Part shown: piece by piece, positions 1 through 6,358 of the stretch
Position numbering within the stretch: position 1 is the stretch's first letter
How the letters are laid out: the number at the start of each line of letters is the position of its first letter
Source: a virus
Taxonomy: Duplodnaviria; Heunggongvirae; Uroviricota; Caudoviricetes
Reading direction: 5' to 3' (one strand)
IMG/VR virus record: IMGVR_UViG_3300013132_000019
DNA: 64,000 bases
The notes under the pieces: model-generated
What the model was told of the DNA's origin: nothing
Database searches by the model: none
The model's input: the letters and a program-made list of their open reading frames with translations, nothing else
Made by a program: the position numbers and the translations under genes

Positions 1-536
1 CATTTTTGAAACGTTGGTATATGTTCAGTTCTATCATCAAAAAGAGTTACGTCTTTAATATTAGGATTATTGGTTAAAATATCGTTCAGATAATCCAATT
101 TTGCTGTTAAAGTATCACTTTTATTATTAAAAAGATACATATCAAACTTTAAACCTTTATCATCCAATATTTTTTTAACCTCATCTGATAAGTTTCCACG
201 TCTACCAGTTAACATTACTTTCATGACATCAGGGTTATTTTTTACTGAATCATAAGCACTTTTTACCTCTGGAATCATTGGCATGTCAAAGGTATCCATA
301 TCCAAACTTTCTTTTCTACCCCACCAACCAGTTATTTTTTTGTTTTTTTCAACTTCATCAGCTGATTTTGATGGGAAATCAAATCCATACTTTTCTTTCC
401 AGATACGTCTACCAACTTCTGGTAATGGTGTATCCACAAGAGTAGCGTCAAAATCAAACACATATAATTTAGTTGGACCTGTTACATCTTCCAATAACAT
501 TTTTCTTAAGTTTTTTTTGATTGTTGAGTTCATCAT
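1..536 (-). CDS. HAD-superfamily phosphatase, Swiss-Army-knife RNA-repair-like HAD; runs off the window start
   Basis: Not in ORF track. Manual translation MMNSTIKKNLRKMLLEDVTGPTKLYVFDFDATLVDTP...MLTGRR...TLFDDR; DxD motif I, TGR motif II and DD motif IV. Confidence 0.8.
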   Translation of the reverse strand, partial: MMNSTIKKNLRKMLLEDVTGPTKLYVFDFDATLVDTPLPEVGRRIWKEKYGFDFPSKSADEVEKNKKITGWWGRKESLDMDTFDMPMIPEVKSAYDSVKNNPDVMKVMLTGRRGNLSDEVKKILDDKGLKFDMYLFNNKSDTLTAKLDYLNDILTNNPNIKDVTLFDDRTEHIPTFQK

Positions 537-558
537 ATTTTTATATTTAAATATTCTT

Positions 559-1233
559 TTAAACTCTTAAATCGTATGTATTATTAATTCCAACGCATCT
601 AAATTCACATGTTTTATATTGTGTTATCTCATCAGCATGGAAATGACCATAAAAATGGTGAGTGATGTTATTATTGAACATCAACATATCACACATCTCA
701 GCCATTTGTTCCCTTTCAATATATAGTTCAGTTATAAGATTAGGGTCATCTTGTGCAAAATGTCTAACCAAATCATTTATACCCAATGGAAATACGTAAT
801 TCGGTGCAGTATGAGTAACCACGATGTCTATATTACGGGCTTCGAAAGTTTTTTCTTTATCATATACGAAAACCTCATCATGCCAATAATATGGATTAAC
901 CTTTCTATCGATGCTAATAGCACCACCAACAAAGAACATCCTTTTACCTTCGATTTCTTTTATTGTATAATCTGGTAATAATTCGATATTATCATATATG
1001 TGATTCCCTTGCCAAAAATAAGGGTTATCATGATTACCACGAATCACATATAGTTTATTATTGTTCTCACCCAATAAGTTATTTAGACCCTCCAAGATGG
1101 TTTCCATGTTTTTGATATTATTATTCATACCAAAATCACCAACTTGGATAATAGGGCCTTTATTACCTATGGTTTTAATCAAATACCTTAGATAGTTAAA
1201 ATTACCATGTATATCACCTAATATAAACATCAC
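559..1233 (-). CDS. Calcineurin-like metallophosphoesterase
   Basis: Motifs GDIHG, GDFG, RGNHD, THT, GHFH. Confidence 0.9.
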   Translation of the reverse strand: MMFILGDIHGNFNYLRYLIKTIGNKGPIIQVGDFGMNNNIKNMETILEGLNNLLGENNNKLYVIRGNHDNPYFWQGNHIYDNIELLPDYTIKEIEGKRMFFVGGAISIDRKVNPYYWHDEVFVYDKEKTFEARNIDIVVTHTAPNYVFPLGINDLVRHFAQDDPNLITELYIEREQMAEMCDMLMFNNNITHHFYGHFHADEITQYKTCEFRCVGINNTYDLRV

Positions 1234-1715
1234 TCTAAAAACATTGCTAAACTTTCATTACTAAAACCATTGATGCCTGTTACTTCAGCTACAATAGCCT
1301 CTTCTAGTATCTCTGGTATTTGAAATGCGTGGTTTTCGCTTGGCAATTCAACCTCAGCCAATACCATCTTAATATTCACAAAATTATCAATTTGCCAAAT
1401 TAAATCATCATTTTTAAATTCATAACGTAACTTAACAATCTGACTTACAGCTTTACTCTCAGCCAATTCATACTCTTCTTTGTTAACCTCACACTCTATC
1501 TCCTCACAGACCATATCACTTACATATTTTTTAAGCGTTTTAACATAAGTTACTTTGTCATTAGTGTCTGTGATATATCTGTATCTTACAGTATAACCAT
1601 TCTCATCCTTTGGTAAGTATAATTGTGTTATCTGCAATAGATTATCAAACTCTCCCAAATTAAGTGGATTATATTTTAGTAAATATTTTCTTTCGATTTC
1701 TAACTGTTCAGTCAT
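1230..1715 (-). CDS. CYTH-domain protein (triphosphate tunnel metalloenzyme)
   Basis: EIERKYL N-terminal ExExK motif, K-x-RY and AEVEL motifs; start moved to MTEQLEIERK. Confidence 0.85.
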   Translation of the reverse strand: MTEQLEIERKYLLKYNPLNLGEFDNLLQITQLYLPKDENGYTVRYRYITDTNDKVTYVKTLKKYVSDMVCEEIECEVNKEEYELAESKAVSQIVKLRYEFKNDDLIWQIDNFVNIKMVLAEVELPSENHAFQIPEILEEAIVAEVTGINGFSNESLAMFLE

Positions 1716-1756
1716 ATTATTAATTTTGGTCAAAGATATAAAAATATTTTTGACTA

Positions 1757-2002
1757 TTAAAAACAATCTTCACAAAAAATTGGTGTTTGCTCACCAACAT
1801 AGGAACCTCTGACATTGAAATCAAAGTATTCTATTGCTTGTTCTAACAACATTTCATCATCTTCAACTAAGATATCTATACATTTTTCGACAGAATAAAT
1901 CAATCGCATGCTTGATTCATCAACACCAATGATTGCCTCATTAAAACCATCAGCAACCAAAAACGTATCGTCAGGATACATTTCTAAAATTCTTTCTAAC
2001 AT
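1757..2002 (-). CDS. Hypothetical phage protein
   Basis: 81-aa acidic ORF in operon context (ADGFNEAIIG...YFDFNVRGSYVGEQTP). Confidence 0.65.
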   Translation of the reverse strand: MLERILEMYPDDTFLVADGFNEAIIGVDESSMRLIYSVEKCIDILVEDDEMLLEQAIEYFDFNVRGSYVGEQTPIFCEDCF

Positions 2003-2012
2003 TATTAATTAA

Positions 2013-2915
2013 TTAATTTGCTTTAACTTCTGTTACGGTACCAGTAATATTGAAATTTTTAACTGGTTTCCAATTTGTAATTTGATTTGACATTACAGGT
2101 TTTCCACCCTCGTTAACATTAACAGCCATTGTTATATGTGGTATGTTATTGGTTGATGGGTATCCATCAACCTTAACGGCTATTGCCATATCAGAAATTC
2201 CCAACTCTTTAACTGTCAATGTAACGGTTTTACCTAAATCAGATTTCATGTCTTCTGGTAAACCTTTACCGAAAACTATCGTCATATGATGCGCAAAGGT
2301 TTTCCAACCTTCAGGTATGTCAAACTTAGCTAACAGCTCGTTTTTGGATTTTTCATCTAAAACAACAGCTGAATACAAAACCTTATCGGATTTATCTTTT
2401 TTGGTTTCTTTAAGAATATCATCAATCGTAATGTCTTTATTAGCGTTATACTTATCAATCATCGCTTTGATTTTATCCAATGGGACACCATGAGTATTCC
2501 TTTTCGCTAATTCTTCAGCTGAAGCACCACCAGTACCAACATTCACTATCTCTATATTCTTATCATCAAAACCCATTTCCAATGCGGCTTTGACATAAGC
2601 TTTAGATTCCCATGGCGCTAAATTAGTGTTATCTATAATGACTGGTGTTATACCATTCTTCATTGAGTTAATGGCATTTCTTAAATTTGTTTGGTGCGCC
2701 TTTTGTAAGTTTGAAAAATCTTTACGGGTTATCATATCAGCAAAAATATCATTATAATTACCCATAGAAGATATTACATCATCAGTTGAGTGAATTACAC
2801 CGCTCCCGACCAATTCTTTTGCCCTAGTGCTTTTACCTGACCCTGAAATTCCTCTCATTATGGTGAGTTTTTGGTCTGGTCTTGTTACCATATATCCTAG
2901 ACGATTTTTTTCCAT
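2013..2915 (-). CDS. P-loop polynucleotide-kinase-like domain fused to 2H (2',3'-cyclic) phosphoesterase
   Basis: RGISGSGKST Walker A, IIDNTN and RNTHGVP (N4BP2/PNK-like kinase); C-terminal HHMTI and PHITMA (two HxT motifs). Confidence 0.85.
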   Translation of the reverse strand: MEKNRLGYMVTRPDQKLTIMRGISGSGKSTRAKELVGSGVIHSTDDVISSMGNYNDIFADMITRKDFSNLQKAHQTNLRNAINSMKNGITPVIIDNTNLAPWESKAYVKAALEMGFDDKNIEIVNVGTGGASAEELAKRNTHGVPLDKIKAMIDKYNANKDITIDDILKETKKDKSDKVLYSAVVLDEKSKNELLAKFDIPEGWKTFAHHMTIVFGKGLPEDMKSDLGKTVTLTVKELGISDMAIAVKVDGYPSTNNIPHITMAVNVNEGGKPVMSNQITNWKPVKNFNITGTVTEVKAN

Positions 2916-2919
2916 AGCA

Positions 2920-2951
2920 CAAATATATACACTTAAATGTAAATATACAAA
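2920..2951 (-). promoter_or_regulatory. Bacteroidota primary-sigma promoter
   Basis: TTTG (2948-2951), 20 nt, TATATTTG (2920-2927), directly upstream of the kinase gene. Confidence 0.75.
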
Positions 2952-3254
2952 TTATTTTTCAAATTTAGATTTCTCTGGGAACCTTAAATATAATAACATT
3001 TTAACGTCATCACTTAAACCATCATCGTCATGGTTTAAGAATATTTTATCTCCTCACCCCTCGGCAATATCTTTTTTATCATATATTTTCTTCAAAGCTT
3101 CAATATCAGACCATGTAATTAATTGGTTGTCATGACCAAGAATACCTTCCTTACTGACTAAGATATTTTTTCCACCTTTTTCAAAAGAAAAATAGTCATA
3201 TATATTACCGCCAAATTTAAGACCTTCCTTTAATTTCACTTTTAGATTTTGCAT
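2952..3254 (-). pseudogene. Hypothetical protein interrupted by an in-frame TGA at 3054-3056
   Basis: The 66-aa ORF continues in frame after TGA for 33 sense codons (GDKIFLNHDDDGLSDDVKMLLYLRFPEKSKFEK) to TAA at 2952. Confidence 0.5.
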
Positions 3255-3453
3255 TTTTTCTGGATTTAAACCATGATGTAATTTGAATTATAGTTCTTCT
3301 TGTTGAGAATATTGGCCAAAAAATAATATTAAAAACTGGTTGTAATGGATTATCATATTTCGTTTTAAAATATGATACATCAACGATAACCCATACCACC
3401 CCTTTGATAAGGTAATATAAACCAAAACCGACTATAACCCAAAGATTCATCAT
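3217..3453 (-). CDS. Small membrane protein
   Basis: Hydrophobic N-terminus and IIFWPIF segment. Confidence 0.6.
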   Translation of the reverse strand: MMNLWVIVGFGLYYLIKGVVWVIVDVSYFKTKYDNPLQPVFNIIFWPIFSTRRTIIQITSWFKSRKNAKSKSEIKGRS

Positions 3454-3502
3454 AATAATAAATATACAAATAAATATACAAAAAAATAATCAAAAAAAAA
3501 AG

Positions 3503-3574
3503 TGACACTAAAAAGATTCGAACTTTTACACTCAATTTAGAAGATTGAGATGCTTCCATTTACATCATAGTGCC
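3503..3574 (-). tRNA. tRNA-Arg(TCT)
   Basis: GGCACTA/TAGTGTC acceptor, TCAAT-CTTCTAA-ATTGA anticodon arm, AAAAG-TTCGAAT-CTTTT T arm; no encoded CCA. Confidence 0.9.
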
Positions 3575-3581
3575 AGAAATG

Positions 3582-3661
3582 TGACGACAGAGGGATTCGA
3601 ACCCACATCCTCCGCTCCGATTACGATTACGTAGTTCGTAGCTACGCTCGGCTATGTCGCC
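3582..3661 (-). tRNA. Non-canonical tRNA-Arg(ACG)-like RNA; no D arm at the usual position
   Basis: GGCGACA/TGTCGTC acceptor, CGTAG-CTACGAA-CTACG arm after an 8-nt connector, GTGGG-TTCGAAT-CCCTC T arm. Confidence 0.7.
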
Positions 3662-3676
3662 ATTTTAATTTTAACG

Positions 3677-3746
3677 TTGCGAGTATCGGAATTGAACCGA
3701 TTTGGCTTCCCTTATGAGAGGAGGCTCTTTACCATTAAGACTCGCA
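3677..3746 (-). tRNA. tRNA with CAT anticodon (Met or lysidine-type Ile2), short D region
   Basis: TGCGAGT/ACTCGCA acceptor, TCCT-CTCATAA-GGGA, ATCGG-TTCAATT-CCGAT. Confidence 0.8.
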
Positions 3747-3753
3747 ATGATTG

Positions 3754-3825
3754 CTCTGGTGGTGAATTACGATATCACGACCACTTGTTTAACAGACAAG
3801 TGCTCTGCCTCTGAGCTACACCAGA
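3754..3825 (-). tRNA. tRNA-Asn(GTT)
   Basis: TCTGGTG/CACCAGA acceptor, GCTC/GAGC D stem, CTTGT-CTGTTAA-ACAAG; atypical T loop (ATCG instead of TTCG). Confidence 0.85.
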
Positions 3826-3839
3826 ATTTTAATTTAATG

Positions 3840-3929
3840 TAGTGCGGATTGGATTCGAACCAATATTTGATGTTATCTCAACATGCCATTACGAGTATAG
3901 AAGATATAAGCTTCCATCGGTACCGCACC
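3840..3929 (-). tRNA. Non-canonical tRNA-Ile(TAT)-like RNA; no D arm at the usual position
   Basis: GGTGCGG/CCGCACT acceptor, 7-nt connector, GGAAG-CTTATAT-CTTCT arm, long insert, ATTGG-TTCGAAT-CCAAT T arm. Confidence 0.65.
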
Positions 3930-4034
3930 AAGAAAGATTTTTACCCTAGAGAATCTTGTAACTCTGTCTGACTACTAACTAGTTTTCATCAGATATCAAA
4001 AGTGTGCTTCAAAGAGAGGCATTGATGGTTGATG

Positions 4035-4125
4035 TCGACCTGATTGGATTCGAACCAATGTTTGATGTTATCTCAAGATACCAGCTACAGTTCTCAAACT
4101 TATCAGGTTTGGCTGCTACAGGTCG
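4035..4125 (-). tRNA. Non-canonical tRNA-Ile(GAT)-like RNA; no D arm at the usual position
   Basis: CGACCTG/CAGGTCG acceptor plus discriminator A, 7-nt connector, CAAAC-CTGATAA-GTTTG arm, 35-nt insert, ATTGG-TTCGAAT-CCAAT T arm. Confidence 0.7.
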
Positions 4126-4131
4126 AATTTA

Positions 4132-4223
4132 TGGCGGAGACGAAGAGAGTCCAACTCTTACATCAGCTCATCACTGACCTAGCCGTTTTCAAGACGGTGT
4201 ACCTCTGTCAACTGGGCGCCTCC
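4132..4223 (-). tRNA. tRNA-Ser(TGA)
   Basis: GGAGGCG/CGTCTCC acceptor, G discriminator, encoded CCA, CCGT-CTTGAAA-ACGG, long variable arm. Confidence 0.85.
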
Positions 4224-4240
4224 ATTATATAATTTTATCG

Positions 4241-4328
4241 CGGTGAGGAAGGGAGTTGAACCCTTACGAGACTGGTTACTCCTAACTACCTAGCAAATAG
4301 CGGCCACCACCAATTGGCTTGCCTCACC
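4241..4328 (-). tRNA. tRNA-Ser(GCT)
   Basis: GGTGAGG/CCTCACC acceptor, G discriminator, CTAT-TTGCTAG-GTAG, long variable arm, AAGGG-TTCAACT-CCCTT. Confidence 0.85.
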
Positions 4329-4340
4329 ATAAATTATTTG

Positions 4341-4412
4341 CACAGACATAAGGCCTCGAACCCTAACCAATTGATTTGGAGTCAATTATGCTTCCAATTA
4401 CACCATGTCTGT
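4341..4412 (-). tRNA. tRNA-Trp(CCA)
   Basis: ACAGACA/TGTCTGT acceptor, ATTGA-CTCCAAA-TCAAT, TAGGG-TTCGAGG-CCTTA. Confidence 0.9.
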
Positions 4413-4463
4413 GTGTTTAATATTAATATGTCAAAGAACATATTATCCGAAGATAATATTCTG

Positions 4464-4550
4464 GGTCTGGTATCGGACTCGAACCGATTGGGGTATTTCT
4501 ACCACGGGGTCACAACCCGTTCCGCTAACCTGTTACGGGCTAACCAGACC
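4464..4550 (-). tRNA. tRNA-His(GTG) with an extra variable arm
   Basis: 8-bp acceptor GGTCTGGT/ACCAGACC (G-1:C73-like), ACGGG-TTGTGAC-CCCGT, variable hairpin GGTA-GAAA-TACC, ATCGG-TTCGAGT-CCGAT. Confidence 0.8.
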
Positions 4551-4554
4551 ATAT

Positions 4555-4589
4555 AAAAACAAAAAACCCGACTGTTTAAGGTCGGGTTC
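4555..4589 (-). terminator. Intrinsic terminator between the leader peptide and the tRNA array (attenuator)
   Basis: Minus strand AACCCGAC-CTTAAACA-GTCGGGTT followed by TTTTGTTTTT. Confidence 0.85.
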
Positions 4590-4615
4590 TTCATTTCTTA
4601 GTTTTATAATTTAAA

Positions 4616-4702
4616 TCAACTAAAGTTATGAGCATAACCGACCATGGTGGCGCTACTGCGTCTCCAATTAATCGAATTCATATGTATGCTCATAGTTTTC
4701 AT
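4616..4702 (-). CDS. Putative attenuator leader peptide MKTMSIHMNSINWRRSSATMVGYAHNFS (28 aa)
   Basis: Translated manually. Lies between a promoter and a terminator; contains GGTCGGTT complementary to the terminator 5' arm; codons match the downstream tRNAs. Confidence 0.75.
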   Translation of the reverse strand: MKTMSIHMNSINWRRSSATMVGYAHNFS

Positions 4703-4723
4703 AGCTTTTTATTAAATATGGTA

Positions 4724-4755
4724 CAAATATATAAAAGTTTTAGATGTAATGCAAA
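4724..4755 (-). promoter_or_regulatory. Bacteroidota primary-sigma promoter driving leader plus tRNA array
   Basis: TTTG (4752-4755), 20 nt, TATATTTG (4724-4731). Confidence 0.8.
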
Positions 4756-4775
4756 TTTTTTATTATTTTTTTTTT

Positions 4776-4940
4776 TCAATCAATTAGTTTAACAAAACCA
4801 AAATCTAACCATCGCATAATGAAGTCTGTCGAATATTCGTTATTTTCTGTCATAACCATCCCAGTGTTTCGATTGTTTGACGCTTTGATGATTAACTCTA
4901 CTCTGTCTTTGAATTGTAATTTTTTCCCCTTTTTTAACAT
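4776..4940 (-). CDS. Small hypothetical protein (54 aa)
   Basis: Not in track. MLKKGKKLQFKDRVELIIK...WLDFGFVKLID; preceded by TTTG-N20-TATATTTG at 4961-4992. Confidence 0.55.
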   Translation of the reverse strand: MLKKGKKLQFKDRVELIIKASNNRNTGMVMTENNEYSTDFIMRWLDFGFVKLID

Positions 4941-4985
4941 ATTAATTTAATTTGTTTGTACAAATATAGTAATAATATTTGGTTA

Positions 4986-5555
4986 TCACAAATCTTCCTT
5001 ATGTTTTTCGAATATTGAGATTATTTTATTTACGGTTCTAGTAGTTATTATTTTTTCACCCTTAGTTAATGGTTTATCGAATTCAAAGAAATGTAAACCA
5101 ACAAAATACAACGCAGTGTCACTTTCGGCTATTTTTCTCATCTTCGACCATTTAATTTTATCCAATATTAAATCTTTCTTTTTGTCACCATCAAATAATT
5201 CTTCAGTTATTATGGTTATTTCTTCACCAATATCCAACGGTTTTAGTTTGTCAACTATAGAATCCTCTATTAGTATCTCGCCACGTTTGACCGTTAACTT
5301 TTCAGTGCCATCATTATTGGTTTCATACACAACATCCATATATGGTGAATCCATATCGTGATGTAATTTCCATATACTCACTTTATCGATGTTGGTTTTT
5401 TCCACAATATAGTTTATGAGGTCATAAACCAAAGCTATATCTTTAACACAATTTAAGATAGGTGTACTTTTAGTTCTTTCTATAAAGTTTTTATATATGA
5501 ACCAAGCATTGGCTATTATCAAAATGATAATAATAAAAATCGGTAACGTATTCAT
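4986..5555 (-). CDS. N-terminally membrane-anchored hypothetical protein
   Basis: One N-terminal hydrophobic helix plus soluble domain; coupled to and resembling the upstream gene. Confidence 0.65.
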   Translation of the reverse strand: MNTLPIFIIIILIIANAWFIYKNFIERTKSTPILNCVKDIALVYDLINYIVEKTNIDKVSIWKLHHDMDSPYMDVVYETNNDGTEKLTVKRGEILIEDSIVDKLKPLDIGEEITIITEELFDGDKKKDLILDKIKWSKMRKIAESDTALYFVGLHFFEFDKPLTKGEKIITTRTVNKIISIFEKHKEDL

Positions 5556-6163
5556 TTGTTTTTTATTCCTTCAAATATCACTCTTATTTTACTTACAGCA
5601 ATTTCAATCTCGACCCTATCATTAGGTTCATCAAATCTATCATCATTATCGGTTGTCGCAAAACTAATGTAAAAGAAAGCATCATCAGTCTCACCAATAT
5701 AATGAACTTCCGAATAAACAATCGTTTCTCTTTGGTATATCTTTTTTAAGATACCGTCTTTCATTCGACTTACCAATAATTTATTTGATGTGGTTGGACC
5801 TATATCGCTCAACATCTTAACATAAATATCATCAACCAGAAGTCTTTGATAATCATTTTTAACTGAATTTAAAGGGTGTTTATAACCTTCATATAATACA
5901 CTGGCATATAAATGAGTACCTAATCTTGGTTTTCCACCACCGTCCTCGGTTTTCATTAATAATATTCTTTGAACACCAGTATCACTTAAAACCCTATCAA
6001 TAGCTTCTTGAAACTCTGAAACATTTATAAAATCAGATGATATGGTCTGAGTAGTCTTTTGGCGTTTATTGCTGTTCAAATACCATAGTATTATATTGCC
6101 CAACAAACCTATTAAAGCAACACCAACACCACCAGTCAATAAACTATCTAATAAATCTCCCAT
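5552..6163 (-). CDS. N-terminally membrane-anchored hypothetical protein (possible GAF-like fold)
   Basis: TM segment GGVGVALIGLLGNIILWYL plus soluble domain; fold assignment is a guess. Confidence 0.6.
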   Translation of the reverse strand: MGDLLDSLLTGGVGVALIGLLGNIILWYLNSNKRQKTTQTISSDFINVSEFQEAIDRVLSDTGVQRILLMKTEDGGGKPRLGTHLYASVLYEGYKHPLNSVKNDYQRLLVDDIYVKMLSDIGPTTSNKLLVSRMKDGILKKIYQRETIVYSEVHYIGETDDAFFYISFATTDNDDRFDEPNDRVEIEIAVSKIRVIFEGIKNK

Positions 6164-6358
6164 AATTCCTGTATATTACTTTTATAAATATATAGGTTAA
6201 TTGTAATAGACCGTTATTTAACTATTTTCGTTTTAATTGGCTACTGTGTCAAAAATAATCAAACATTTAACTATTTAAGTTATTAATAATCAATAACTTA
6301 ACTTAGTTATATATTTAGGTTTGCATGTCAATATTTTCAATATTTGTCCTTTTAGACT

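Noticed and set aside
3054-3056. Alternative genetic code (TGA or TAG reassignment)
   Set aside because: Long genes are intact under the standard code, many end in TGA or TAG, and no suppressor tRNA is present.
3930-4034. CTGATGA (3986-3992, minus) in the spacer between the two Ile-like tRNAs, resembling a hammerhead core
   Set aside because: No GAAA after a stem II and no stem I/III arrangement found; only small local hairpins. A structured spacer is possible but unsupported.
3840-4125. Alternative reading of the odd tRNAs as Thr(CGT) and Tyr(GTA) using the downstream CTCGTAA / CTGTAGC loops
   Set aside because: Those loops have no 5-bp stems, while the upstream loops have 5-bp stems and match leader codons.
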